Virus record (IMG/VR): IMGVR_UViG_3300020042_002437 | Location: 1-39,434 of that record | Length of the DNA: 39,434 nt | Reading direction: 5' to 3' (one strand) | From: a virus | Taxonomy: Duplodnaviria > Caudoviricetes | Shown: in pieces, positions 18,302 through 27,956 of the stretch | Numbering within the stretch: the stretch's first letter is position 1 | How the letters are laid out: each line of letters begins with the position of its first letter | The notes under the pieces: generated by a model | What the model saw: only the letters and a program-made list of their open reading frames with translations | Told to the model about the DNA's origin: nothing | Databases searched by the model: none | Made by a program: the position numbers and the translations under genes

Positions 18302-19591
18302 TTAAATTACCCCGGCCCGGTTGGCAGTATTGTATATGCTAGCTGCACTTAACCCAGTACCCATAATCTGGGAAGCTAGTGACGGCGATGGCGCAGTTGT
18401 CGTTGTCGTGGTGTTCGTAGCCACCGGCACACCGCTCATAAGGTTCATGTACCGCTGAAGCTGCGTGTATGGGTTATCAGCCTCCCTCTGGAAGTCACCG
18501 TATGCTAGGTCCAATTTCTGTTGGTTAAGCGCTTGTTCCTGAGCCGCTGTTTGCTGCTGCAATGCAATACGCTGGGCATCCGCCTGCTGCTGGGCCGAGC
18601 CGATATTGGCAAGTGTCTGGGCCATATCGCCAGCAGTCTGGGCACCCTTGAGGCCAAGCTCAGCACCGAACTGACGGGACTTCTCACCAAAGTCAGCACC
18701 AAACTGCCGAGACTTCTCACCAAGCTCAGCACCAAACTGACGGGACTTTTCTCCAAAGTCGGAACCGTACTGGCGAGACTGTTCACCGGCTTTCTGCGCT
18801 TCAAAGTCATACTGTTGGTTAGCAAGCTGCGCCTGAAGCCTATTCCTAGCTCCCAGTTCCTGCACACCAAGTGCTGCATTAAGGTTAGCGTTATTGACGT
18901 TAAACCCTGCGGCGCGGTCACGCTCAAACTGTTGCTGCGCATTCTCAAAAGCAGATTGTTGCCCTGCGGCTTGGATATCACCCATCTGGCGACCAAGATC
19001 ACGTTCGCGGGTAAGCCCAGCAAGAAGCTGGCGGCTACCGCCATAAGTACCCTGACGGCTCGCACCCAAGTTCTGCATCAACTGGGTTTTCTGAGCATCT
19101 TCTTGAGCACGTTGTTTCTGAACATCCAGTACATTCTGGAAGTAGGGCGACATATACTGCTGGACTTGTTCGTTACCAAACTGCTGAGCAGGACCCATCT
19201 GGAAGTAGTTTAAGTCCTGATCCTGAATTTGCTGTGTAGTAAACTGCGAAGGGGTATACTGAGCAGCGGGAGCGTAGCTGGTAGCGTTGTATTGAGCAGC
19301 GGGATCGTAGTTACCGGCATTGAGCGCAGCAACCCCAGCTTGGTTTGTAAGGTCTGTAGCCTGACCAAACTGGCCCGGTGCCTGCATACCCGCAACCTCT
19401 TTCTGGAGGTTTTGCTGCTGCCCTGTAAACCCAGCAATACGGCCAATAGGCTGGCCCTGTGCATTTACATAGCGCGGGGTCTCGGCAGTAAGCAGCCCCG
19501 CTGCACCTTGCATAGCCATATTATAATACGGCTGCTGGGACGCACCGATGTTCGATGTAACATTAGTAACATTTTGTGTACTAGTAGCCAT
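18302..19591 (-). CDS. Gln/Ala-rich internal virion (DNA ejection/pilot-like) protein
   Basis: YMSPYFQNV...GTYGGSRQ motif, Q-rich coiled coil and Gly-rich hydrophobic C-terminus. Confidence 0.7.
   Translation of the reverse strand: MATSTQNVTNVTSNIGASQQPYYNMAMQGAAGLLTAETPRYVNAQGQPIGRIAGFTGQQQNLQKEVAGMQAPGQFGQATDLTNQAGVAALNAGNYDPAAQYNATSYAPAAQYTPSQFTTQQIQDQDLNYFQMGPAQQFGNEQVQQYMSPYFQNVLDVQKQRAQEDAQKTQLMQNLGASRQGTYGGSRQLLAGLTRERDLGRQMGDIQAAGQQSAFENAQQQFERDRAAGFNVNNANLNAALGVQELGARNRLQAQLANQQYDFEAQKAGEQSRQYGSDFGEKSRQFGAELGEKSRQFGADFGEKSRQFGAELGLKGAQTAGDMAQTLANIGSAQQQADAQRIALQQQTAAQEQALNQQKLDLAYGDFQREADNPYTQLQRYMNLMSGVPVATNTTTTTTAPSPSLASQIMGTGLSAASIYNTANRAGVI
18653..18788 (-). repeat. 33-bp coding tandem repeat, four copies (GEKSRQFGA[ED][LF])
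   Basis: GEQSRQYGSDF GEKSRQFGAEL GEKSRQFGADF GEKSRQFGAEL. Confidence 0.9.
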
Positions 19592-19597
19592 TACAAA

Positions 19598-21067
19598 TTA
19601 TCCTATCCCACGGCGTAGCTTAGTGTCCTGACCGCGCCCTGCCTTTTTACGTGCCTTATGCGCCTTATTCATAAGAGCATATAGCTTATCTGCACCCCGC
19701 TTGGAGCTACCCTTACCAAGGCGGCGGACCACATTAGCAGGCATAATTACTTCATCCCGAGCGACACGAGCAGGCTGACGCTTACCAATACGAGCAGGCA
19801 CACTATCACTTACGCCATCACCCGGACCTTGCACTGGTTGGCCTCCAAGGCCACGAAGGGCTTCTATACCAGCGTTGCTGCTACCGTTACCAATTTCAGA
19901 TACCGTGCGAGCATCGAGCACAAAGGCCCCGTCAGATAACGCTACTTCACCACCATGAGCGTAGCCCGTGTAGTTATACATGTTGTCCTGATTGGGATCA
20001 ACCATACCCTGATTGGGAGCAACCATACCTTGCGGAGGGGCAATACCACCTTGGTATTCCACAGGAACAAACGAGTACATCGGCTTGCCCTTGTCGTCCT
20101 TTGATTTCTTAGAACTCGGGTTTAACACTGGCTGCATGATCTGCGTACCACGAACCGTATGGGAACCGGGCTGTACGACCTGACCCATGGTATTATAGAT
20201 TTCAGGCATATCCACATCGAAGAACCGCTGCTGGCCACCATCACCTGCAAGTATGTCTTCAGTCGTCCCCGAAAATATTTGCTTACGTGGCTGCGCGTAG
20301 TACGGACCTTGGAACGAGTTATCAACCCGACCATCTGCCCCGGGTATACCACCACCGCCACCAGAAGGAGTAAACGCTCCGCCAACACCCTGCATAAGCC
20401 CAGAAGCAGCAATCATGGGAGCAGCTTTAGTAATAAAACTTGGAACGGCGCTGGGGATACCGGCTCTAGCAGCAGTGCCGAAGTTTTGAGCGATACCCGC
20501 AAGACCTGTTTTAGCCGCAGTGGTGCCAGCAAGTCCAACAGCCCCACCGCCCTCTGCGGCAGATTGAGCCAAAAGCTCAGGACTCGTAGCAAATTTACCA
20601 AAACCAGTGGTAGCCGTTTTAGCAGCCGATGTACCCGCACCCAAGCCACCAGCAAGTGAAGCACCGCCATAAGCTTGGAGACCGGCCATTAGACCTTTCT
20701 TAAGGCTACCCGTTTTAAGAACAGAGCCAGCACCAACAATACCAGCCGCAGCTATTGCGTTCACGCCCGGAATAAACATAAGGCCAGCGCCAAGGAGTGT
20801 AGGCGCTAGTTTCTTGAGGATATTACCTAAGAAACCAGCTTCGGGGAGACCTGTTTCTGGGTTGATTGTAAGTGAGCCGCCATGTGCCATAGCTAGACCC
20901 TGAAGGCTGTTAATCTCATTAGGTGTCATGTGGACAAGCATAGTGTCTTCGCCGCGACCCTGCGACTGGACCTGTTGGGCCATAGGAGCCATGGGAGCGC
21001 TAAGCGCAGGCAAACCACCGCCCTGCATCATCCCACCATATGGCTGTTCCATCTGCTGAAAGTCCAT
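19598..21067 (-). CDS. Putative internal virion protein
   Basis: GRGEDTMLVHMTPNE...TINPETGLPEA motif, Gly/Ala hydrophobic segment and C-terminal GPGDGVSDSVPA domain. Confidence 0.7.
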   Translation of the reverse strand: MDFQQMEQPYGGMMQGGGLPALSAPMAPMAQQVQSQGRGEDTMLVHMTPNEINSLQGLAMAHGGSLTINPETGLPEAGFLGNILKKLAPTLLGAGLMFIPGVNAIAAAGIVGAGSVLKTGSLKKGLMAGLQAYGGASLAGGLGAGTSAAKTATTGFGKFATSPELLAQSAAEGGGAVGLAGTTAAKTGLAGIAQNFGTAARAGIPSAVPSFITKAAPMIAASGLMQGVGGAFTPSGGGGGIPGADGRVDNSFQGPYYAQPRKQIFSGTTEDILAGDGGQQRFFDVDMPEIYNTMGQVVQPGSHTVRGTQIMQPVLNPSSKKSKDDKGKPMYSFVPVEYQGGIAPPQGMVAPNQGMVDPNQDNMYNYTGYAHGGEVALSDGAFVLDARTVSEIGNGSSNAGIEALRGLGGQPVQGPGDGVSDSVPARIGKRQPARVARDEVIMPANVVRRLGKGSSKRGADKLYALMNKAHKARKKAGRGQDTKLRRGIG

Positions 21068-21076
21068 CGTTATTTC

Positions 21077-21379
21077 CTAAACCGAAGTCACGGTCTGCCA
21101 AGCAGTACCGTTATATACACAAAGTTTACCCAAAGTAGTATCAAAAACAACCCATCCTGCACTTGGGGCTAACGCATTCTTCTCTGCTGTGGTTACGTTC
21201 TTAGTTGCCATGATACCATTAAATGTATCAGCCGTATACTTCTGAGCGTTGTTTGGTGTGTTAGAGTCAAGCTGTGAGAAGTAGTTCTCCAGTGTGCGTA
21301 GGAATTGCCGTATGTATTGCGCGTCGTACTCAGACGGCGCGTTGGGTAACGGCGGGAACCGGAATCTATCCATAGCCAT
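21077..21379 (-). CDS. Small tail-associated protein
   Basis: ATG 21379 in TAATG overlap with the nozzle stop; PPLPNAPSEYD...VFDTTLGKLCVYNGTAW. Confidence 0.7.
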   Translation of the reverse strand: MAMDRFRFPPLPNAPSEYDAQYIRQFLRTLENYFSQLDSNTPNNAQKYTADTFNGIMATKNVTTAEKNALAPSAGWVVFDTTLGKLCVYNGTAWQTVTSV

Positions 21380-23289
21380 TAGCGTGAACCATCCTGACGA
21401 ACATCGAGACGCGCCGCACCCAGTTGCCATTGAACCCCGAGATTTTCTGACCTAATCTTAAACGCCATCTGACGCGCACGGGCACGCATGAATACCTGAT
21501 TGGTATAGACGCCAACCGAAGTTTCGATGACACGTTGTGTGTCCGTAGGGTCTGCGCTGAATGTGCTTCCGGGAAAGTTACGTGGGCGCATGGTAAGGGT
21601 AGCTTCTGGGGTAGCCGCTGACGAGCCATCAAAGCTAAGGTCAGGGATCATACGGCGCGTCAGCATAAAGTTATCGCCATCACCGATGTCAAAGTCAGAG
21701 GACTGGATATAGCTATCCATAGCGAGGGTGTCGTCGTCCGTGCCGTTCTCGTGGGAGTATAGATAGCCCGAGCCTACAGTAGTACCACCGTTGCTAACCG
21801 GAGTGTTCGTAGCTTGAGGGTATACGCGCAGCGGAGTATCTAGCCATGCCGTACGGTCAATGGTGCCATAATACCAGAGTTTTTCTAAATGGTTATAGAT
21901 AACATAAGCATTATTATAGTCGCTATCCGCCGTAGGATAGAACCACCAGATTTCATTCCATTGTTCATTAGTGCCGCAAATTACTTGATCGGACTGGTTA
22001 TAGTTAAGATCGTTAAACACATGAAGAGTCAAAGTACAGTCCAACGTCTCGACGCGACCAGTATAGGCATAGAACTTGTCCTGCCCCATCCAGTAGACAA
22101 TATTAGACGCAGATACCATACTGCGTGGGGAGATAACGGAGATGTTGTCCGCATATTCCTGAAGGCCAAATACGTCCGCAGTGCCAAGGAACTGAAGTGT
22201 ATATAGATGTGTATCGGTCCAGACTAAGACTTCCTGCCGTGTAGGTAGGGCGCGGACAATACGTGACCCACGAGAAACACGAAGGTCACCAGCCGAACTA
22301 GTGGCTGAGGGAACCCAGTTTTGAGGGTTATCTTGGTCAGCCCAACGGATAAGAAGCGGATCAAAGGAGTTGGGAAGCACGCTGCCAAAGTCGCAGCCAA
22401 AAGCAAGCAGGTGCCTATCCTGCTGGGATACCAGCAACTGCATAACCTGAGTAGGGACATAAGTAGCGTCACCACCCTCGGCTGTTGCGTAGGCTTGCAG
22501 AGTTATAGCATGTGCAGCCAAAGATGCGGCAGGGTCGGAAGTAGCTAGTCGGTACCACCAGTAACCCGCACCGTTGCGAATATTCATCACAAGGTCGTTG
22601 TCAAAGTTGTCAAACCACCAGTCACGCTGTGGCAAGCTAATAGGCGCACCGGTAGTACCAGTACCCCAAGCGTCTCGGCCCCACGTACCAACACCCCAGC
22701 CATAACCACCAGTGGCAATAGCGTTACCCGGTGCAATTTCAGTCTGCACAGTGTAAATTGAGCCGCTTACGGACGTAGTGGAAGTTGCTGCTGTAGTAGT
22801 GAACGTAAAGCTATTAGCGCCAAGCACAGTGACCGTGCGGTCCCCGTTAAGTTGAGCGATTGGGATACCACCAAGCGCCGAAGCAAAACCAGCAATACGC
22901 ACAGTCTCGCCGGTATCAAGCCATGTAGGGAGCGTAGCTGTCGTGGTTACCGTAACCAGTGCAACACCATTAACTACCGCAAATGTATTTGATCCAGCCA
23001 GTGCTGTGTCAAAAGGGGTGATATCGTAATATACACCGCCTGCTTCGATATAGACGCGTTCATTCGTACCGAGTGCAAGGAAGTTATCAGTATAGGATGT
23101 GACCCAGTTCCACATCTGGCGGCACACACCGACAAAAGCCGTAGGCGAAGCTTTTACCCACCCACCAATCTTTGTTGGGGAGCCAGAATTAAATCTAACC
23201 TTGTCGCACTCGTACCAGCCGCCCTCGTTGGAGTAGTCGGTCTGGTCGCGGTTCAAACCCGGCCTAAACTGGAGCTTAATGAAGGGCAT
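21379..23289 (-). CDS. Tail nozzle / stabilization protein (P22 gp10 / T7 gp12-like beta-propeller)
   Basis: 636 aa, Trp-rich beta pattern (WWFDNFDNDL, LLIRWADQDN, EIWWFYP); lies before the internal proteins. Confidence 0.8.
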   Translation of the reverse strand: MPFIKLQFRPGLNRDQTDYSNEGGWYECDKVRFNSGSPTKIGGWVKASPTAFVGVCRQMWNWVTSYTDNFLALGTNERVYIEAGGVYYDITPFDTALAGSNTFAVVNGVALVTVTTTATLPTWLDTGETVRIAGFASALGGIPIAQLNGDRTVTVLGANSFTFTTTAATSTTSVSGSIYTVQTEIAPGNAIATGGYGWGVGTWGRDAWGTGTTGAPISLPQRDWWFDNFDNDLVMNIRNGAGYWWYRLATSDPAASLAAHAITLQAYATAEGGDATYVPTQVMQLLVSQQDRHLLAFGCDFGSVLPNSFDPLLIRWADQDNPQNWVPSATSSAGDLRVSRGSRIVRALPTRQEVLVWTDTHLYTLQFLGTADVFGLQEYADNISVISPRSMVSASNIVYWMGQDKFYAYTGRVETLDCTLTLHVFNDLNYNQSDQVICGTNEQWNEIWWFYPTADSDYNNAYVIYNHLEKLWYYGTIDRTAWLDTPLRVYPQATNTPVSNGGTTVGSGYLYSHENGTDDDTLAMDSYIQSSDFDIGDGDNFMLTRRMIPDLSFDGSSAATPEATLTMRPRNFPGSTFSADPTDTQRVIETSVGVYTNQVFMRARARQMAFKIRSENLGVQWQLGAARLDVRQDGSR

Positions 23290-23843
23290 TAGAACTTTTC
23301 AGCCTCAAGAGTTACGGTCCACGTATCAAGAACTGTAACGGTGCTTACCGCACGGACTTGCATAGACAAAACTACAATATTGAGGGAGGGCGAGATAACC
23401 GCTGCTCGTGTCCACAGCGGGCTTCCAGAGGTAGCGACCCACGAACCTGTGGTGCCTGAGCTTACACTGCCACTGGTGACTGTTGCATAAACTTCGTAAT
23501 TACCGCCCGCCGCCGAGGGGGATACCCACCCGCTAAGTAATGTATCGACAGCATTGATTACTTGGTAATCGAACCCGTTTGTATCTATGCGATACCCCGC
23601 AGATTGGGAAGGAACGCCAGCCGCTGTAACATTTACGTCTACAAAATTAACAGTAGCGCTCGCGCTCTTACCGTAGAAATCGGTCGGCATGGTGATAGCG
23701 CCAGATGCAACATTCGCCAGTGTACGAACATTGGCGTCATTCATAGAAATCTGCGCGGTAGCGGATTGGCTCAGTTCAAGGTTAACGGACGCGTTCGTAG
23801 CGGTGCCACCCAAGCTGATCGGTCCTGATGAGTTAAGCGTCAT
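23289..23843 (-). CDS. Tail-fibre tip / adhesin-like protein
   Basis: MTLNSSGPISL...DFYGKS N-terminal module, immediately downstream of the chaperone-bearing fibre. Confidence 0.6.
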   Translation of the reverse strand: MTLNSSGPISLGGTATNASVNLELSQSATAQISMNDANVRTLANVASGAITMPTDFYGKSASATVNFVDVNVTAAGVPSQSAGYRIDTNGFDYQVINAVDTLLSGWVSPSAAGGNYEVYATVTSGSVSSGTTGSWVATSGSPLWTRAAVISPSLNIVVLSMQVRAVSTVTVLDTWTVTLEAEKF

Positions 23844-25420
23844 TATTTAGCTCCCCGTAGGGCGTCTACCTCGGCGCGTAGTTCAGCAATAGCAGCGAAG
23901 GCCACAGCAACCAGTTTTTCATAGTCAACGGCCAGTGTGCCATCACCGCGTTCACGGACAGCTACAGGGAATACAGCTTGCACATCCTGCGCAATAACAC
24001 CGAAGTCACTCTTACGGACAAAGTAGCCGTCAGCCCCGCCATGTTCTGCAACATAAGCATCCGTCCAGTCAAAGGTCTTACCACCAACTGCCGACACAAT
24101 ACCAAGTGCGTTCTGGATGGGGTGTACATTTTCTTTCAGTCGCGCATCTGACGAATAATATGCTGTGATGTTACCCACCGCACGGATTTCGCCATTAACT
24201 GTTGAAGCTGGAGTGCCGACGCCAAGGCAGTGCATTTGATAATGGTTAGCCGTGTTGAGCGCGTTTGCTGTTGTCGCTGTTGTAGCCAAAGTAGCCGTGG
24301 CCGCGTTACCTGTGGTGTTCTGGTTAAGCGTTGGGAATGTGCAGTTTGTCAGTGTACCGGATGAAGGTGTGCCAAGTGCGCCGCCCGGAACAACGTAGTC
24401 CGTGCCAGCAGTAGCCGCTGAGATTGCGGTACCATTACCTTTGAGGACACCCGTAATACTGGTTGTGATCGTTATAGCAGGGGTCGAAGTCGCCGTGGCC
24501 ACCGTACCCGCGAAGCCATTCGTAGAGACTACAGAAACTGAGGTGACGGTGCCGCTGCCACTACCAGCTTGAGAAATCCATGCGGAGCCGTTTGAGGTAA
24601 GCACGTTATTTAAAGTGCCGGGAGAAACCGAAGTAACTGCCGAAGTGCCAGCACCGATCAGGACCGCGCCTGAAGTTAGTGTAGCAGCCCCTGTACCACC
24701 ACCTGCTACGCCTAACGTGCCGCTAAGAGTTAGGGTGCCAGACGTAGTGATCGGGCCACCTGAGAAGGATAGGCCACTAATAGCTGTAGTAGCATTAACC
24801 GAAGTGACGGTACCCCCGCCGCCGCTAGTTGACGCGATACTAATAGAGCCAGAACCATTTGTAATAGTTATACCAGAGCCTGCGGTCAATGTGGTCTTAG
24901 TGAGCGTGTTGCCGGTGGAATTACCAATCAGCAACTGACCATCGGTGTAAGTGGTTTGGCCAGTACCACCAGAAGCAACTGGAAGAGCAGAGGCGAGCGT
25001 CAGCGATGTAAGGTGAGTAGTTACAGCTACTACGTTAGTACCATTGTTGTAGACCCACATGGTTTTACCAGTGGGGACCGCGATACCTGTACCTGTAGTA
25101 TTTTTAACTGTGATCGTGCCGTCAGTGGCGTTGTTGATGATATACGGCTTTTCAATCTGGCATCCAGAACCAAGTATAAGGTTGTAGCCAGAAGTAGCGG
25201 TACCTGTCAGGTTAAGGCGCACGTTACGCGCAGACTGGGTGGCGTTTGTATTTGTCATCGTAAGCGTGACATCAGCGCTAGAGAAGGCGACATCAGCCGA
25301 ACCGACGATAGCTTCTTCAAGCGCCGTGCCAAGATTGACGTTCGTGACGTTACCCCATGTGGTGGAGTTATCACCTGTGCCCATCAACTGTATGTTAAGG
25401 TTGCTATATGTACTTGACAT
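23843..25420 (-). CDS. Tail fibre with C-terminal intramolecular chaperone (peptidase S74-like)
   Basis: Thr/Gly/Ser-rich, with YSSDARLKENV...GVIAQDVQAVFP...VDYEKLVA and a terminal coiled coil. Confidence 0.9.
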   Translation of the reverse strand: MSSTYSNLNIQLMGTGDNSTTWGNVTNVNLGTALEEAIVGSADVAFSSADVTLTMTNTNATQSARNVRLNLTGTATSGYNLILGSGCQIEKPYIINNATDGTITVKNTTGTGIAVPTGKTMWVYNNGTNVVAVTTHLTSLTLASALPVASGGTGQTTYTDGQLLIGNSTGNTLTKTTLTAGSGITITNGSGSISIASTSGGGGTVTSVNATTAISGLSFSGGPITTSGTLTLSGTLGVAGGGTGAATLTSGAVLIGAGTSAVTSVSPGTLNNVLTSNGSAWISQAGSGSGTVTSVSVVSTNGFAGTVATATSTPAITITTSITGVLKGNGTAISAATAGTDYVVPGGALGTPSSGTLTNCTFPTLNQNTTGNAATATLATTATTANALNTANHYQMHCLGVGTPASTVNGEIRAVGNITAYYSSDARLKENVHPIQNALGIVSAVGGKTFDWTDAYVAEHGGADGYFVRKSDFGVIAQDVQAVFPVAVRERGDGTLAVDYEKLVAVAFAAIAELRAEVDALRGAK

Positions 25421-25429
25421 CTTCGTTCC

Positions 25430-26125
25430 TTACGTCGCTATCTGAACCCAGTTGGGTGTCTGGTTATCGTTTATCTGCTGCCAAATAAGTGGTCTAGTAA
25501 CAGACCCAACAGCCGAAACACCTGTTAGTAATACCGTAGCTCCAAGCTTTACGCTACTAGTGCCAATAAATCCAGAGGCAGATACACCCGTAACACTTAC
25601 ATTTTCGGGGAGCGTAGTAGCGACAGTGCCGAGGGAGCCTATAGCATCGACACCGGTAAGAGTAGCGATGCTACTGGTAGACTCGTTAACTGTACCGATA
25701 AAACCTGTAGCATCAACGCCTGTTACGGTAGCGTTGGCTGCGGCAGCTACGGTAACTGTGCCAATATCTCCGGTAGCCGAGACTCCTGTAAGATTTATGA
25801 TGACTGTGAGTACCGTAACTGTGCCGATATCTCCGGTAGCCGAAACCCCTGTAAGTGTAGTAGATACACTTTCGGGCAGTGCTGCTGTGCCAACCAAACC
25901 GTCTGCGGAAACCCCCGTTAGGGTTACATTAGCTCGGCCAGTAACAGTTGTTGTGCCGATAGACCCAGTAGCCGAGACGCCCGTGAGGATTTCAAGGTTA
26001 CCAAGAAAAACATCGACTGTGCCGATAGAGCCAGTGGCTGAGACGCTAGTTAGGCTAACGCTAACGTCGGGGGTAACCCCAAGGTCAGCAAATGATGCAG
26101 CCGCGAAGGAGGTAAAACCAAACAT
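25430..26125 (-). CDS. Structural protein with about 9 [LV]TGVSATGxIGTV repeats
   Basis: Repeats are visible in the translation; near-identical DNA units at 25752-25792 and 25815-25855. Confidence 0.75.
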   Translation of the reverse strand: MFGFTSFAAASFADLGVTPDVSVSLTSVSATGSIGTVDVFLGNLEILTGVSATGSIGTTTVTGRANVTLTGVSADGLVGTAALPESVSTTLTGVSATGDIGTVTVLTVIINLTGVSATGDIGTVTVAAAANATVTGVDATGFIGTVNESTSSIATLTGVDAIGSLGTVATTLPENVSVTGVSASGFIGTSSVKLGATVLLTGVSAVGSVTRPLIWQQINDNQTPNWVQIAT

Positions 26126-26149
26126 GTGTAATCCTCCTTCCCGTCTAAG

Positions 26150-26422
26150 CTATTTTACAGCTACTGCGTCAGCCCATGCTTTGACCGTCAAGCGGTGCTT
26201 TACACTACAATCCGTATACTTCGCAATGATATCAGCTTCCCAAAGCGCCCGCTCAGGATCAATAAGTACGAGTGGTGGATTTTGAAGCGTCGGGCACTTC
26301 GCCGCTAGGTTTGCCGGTGGTAGCGGCATTGGCGTCACTGACACCGCTTTCGAGCACCCTGCGCAGAGCATCAGAACCAGCGCAATCAACAGGAACGGCA
26401 GGAGCCGTTTTATATATTTCAC
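26150..26422 (-). CDS. Outer-membrane spanin (Rz1-like lipoprotein)
   Basis: GTG 26422 gives MKYIKRLLPFLLIALVLMLCAG-C (lipobox) followed by a Pro-rich segment; overlaps the i-spanin in another frame. Confidence 0.8.
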   Translation of the reverse strand: MKYIKRLLPFLLIALVLMLCAGCSKAVSVTPMPLPPANLAAKCPTLQNPPLVLIDPERALWEADIIAKYTDCSVKHRLTVKAWADAVAVK

Positions 26423-26657
26423 GAATGGTGTTGGTGCGTTCGGTTGCCACCACATTGGCTTGATCTCGTTCAACTTCGTAGGTTTGCGAAACATTATCTA
26501 CTACCTCTTGTTTTTTAACCCGTAGCTTCTCCGCCTTCTCCAGCGCCTTTGCAAAAGCTGCATCGCACTGCCAGTCACGGACTTTATAACCTGAAGCTGC
26601 GCCAATAAGTAAAGCGCCTGCTAATCCATATATCATTACTGGGTTGATTAAAGCCAT
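26259..26657 (-). CDS. Inner-membrane spanin (Rz-like)
   Basis: N-terminal TM, coiled coil and C-terminal Cys; directly after the endolysin. Confidence 0.8.
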   Translation of the reverse strand: MALINPVMIYGLAGALLIGAASGYKVRDWQCDAAFAKALEKAEKLRVKKQEVVDNVSQTYEVERDQANVVATERTNTIREIYKTAPAVPVDCAGSDALRRVLESGVSDANAATTGKPSGEVPDASKSTTRTY

Positions 26658-27259
26658 ATTGCGTACTTCTTTGTCTTAGCCTTGCGGTCATCTAGACCGT
26701 GTGTACCACCATTAATGCGCTTTGTCAGCGCAAGTATTGCACCGCCGCCTGTGCCTTGGTCGCAGATCGACCACAGCTTGTTCTTATCAAAGAACCACAA
26801 TGCGCTTTCAAAACACAGTTCACCCGCCACAAGGTCGGGGTCGTGCATTACTTCGGGTCGGTTGATGTAGTTGGCGAAGGCTTGGTAGTTGTCTTTGCCT
26901 GTAAGCTGGAGAGCGCCACGTCCACGGAATTTCCACCCGTCGCCCGACGCTTCATTGCCATTGCCCATGCGGTTTGCATATACCCGATTAGCAATCTTTT
27001 TTGGCTGGCGTTCATACGCCCTAGCCATTGCATCAGTCGGAAAATACTCGCGGAAGACACTGCGTAAACCTTTCGCACCATAGTTAAGGTTCTCGCTAAA
27101 AGCTTTGAAGCCGCCACTTTCATGCGCTGTTTGAGCAAAGAAATGCGCTGCCCTATCTGGCGAAAGTTTATAGAAAGCCGCAGCCTTTTTAAATGTTCCC
27201 GGACCGAACGCGCCATCTGCCGTTACTCCTATTTTCTGTTGAAGGTTAATCAAACTCAT
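26648..27259 (-). CDS. Endolysin, glycoside hydrolase family 19
   Basis: FFAQTAHESGGF, ENLNY, FRGRGALQLTGKDNY and TKRINGG; N-terminal ADGAFGPGT peptidoglycan-binding-like motif. Confidence 0.93.
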   Translation of the reverse strand: MSLINLQQKIGVTADGAFGPGTFKKAAAFYKLSPDRAAHFFAQTAHESGGFKAFSENLNYGAKGLRSVFREYFPTDAMARAYERQPKKIANRVYANRMGNGNEASGDGWKFRGRGALQLTGKDNYQAFANYINRPEVMHDPDLVAGELCFESALWFFDKNKLWSICDQGTGGGAILALTKRINGGTHGLDDRKAKTKKYAIWL

Positions 27260-27426
27260 TTACCATCCTTCCGATTATTCCACAATTCAAAGAGCGTCTT
27301 GATCTTTTCCTCAACCACGGCGAGACGCACATCCATCTTAGCGAGGATGATGACCAGCGAAATGAACGCAAGAACAAGCGGCCAAAGCTGCCCGATCAGT
27401 TCGACAGTAGAAAGATCGCCCGCCAT
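27256..27426 (-). CDS. 56-aa single-TM protein, holin/antiholin candidate (not in ORF track)
   Basis: MAGDLSTVELIGQLWPLVLAFISLVIILAKMDVRLAVVEEKIKTLFELWNNRKDGK*; ATGA overlap with the endolysin start. Confidence 0.75.
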   Translation of the reverse strand: MAGDLSTVELIGQLWPLVLAFISLVIILAKMDVRLAVVEEKIKTLFELWNNRKDGK

Positions 27427-27921
27427 TTACGCCGCCGGATTGCGCCAATCAGGGAAGTCGTTTTGGTCAACCACGCCGTCGCCGTTAGCATCCCAGCGTA
27501 GGTCGTGGCGGTATTTTTCCCATGGCTCCATGTCGTCATCATCGTCATCTTCTACTACTACCGGCTCAGGCTCAACAGTGCGAGCAAAAGGCACGGACTT
27601 ATGTTCAACGACTTCTGGTTCTGGTTCTGGCGCTTCCGGCTCTTCCGGCTCTTCCGGTTTTTTATCTCGTACATTGGCGTTAAGGCTCAAGCCACCAAGT
27701 AGGCCGACAAGCGCACCGATAATCGTTTGGAAGGCGGGGTTAACCGTCTCAAGGATAGCCGCGCTGCTCACAACGTCATTGGATACAAACAAGCCAACGG
27801 CAAGCGCCAGCACAACGACGAGGATAACCGCCGACAGTGTGACGATGGCCACGCGGATGACAAACTCAACGGTATCGTTGACGCCGTCTTGCTTGCTTTC
27901 AAAATTATTTAGGAAGTTCAT
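27427..27921 (-). CDS. Two-TM membrane protein with acidic tail and EF-hand-like loop; holin candidate
   Basis: Two hydrophobic segments, an E/P/D-rich tail and DANGDGVVDQND; first gene of the lysis cassette. Confidence 0.65.
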   Translation of the reverse strand: MNFLNNFESKQDGVNDTVEFVIRVAIVTLSAVILVVVLALAVGLFVSNDVVSSAAILETVNPAFQTIIGALVGLLGGLSLNANVRDKKPEEPEEPEAPEPEPEVVEHKSVPFARTVEPEPVVVEDDDDDDMEPWEKYRHDLRWDANGDGVVDQNDFPDWRNPAA

Positions 27922-27956
27922 CTTCTTATCCTTCTGACTCCTTGGGTTTGGTTTAA

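Noticed and set aside
25452-26285. Long + strand ORFs opposite late genes (also 18521-19213, 10957-11520, 35648-36178 and others)
   Set aside because: Shadow ORFs of low-complexity genes, with no recognisable motifs and against the operon direction.
27122-27937. 271-aa + strand ORF over the lysis genes
   Set aside because: Antisense to three coherent, coupled minus-strand genes.
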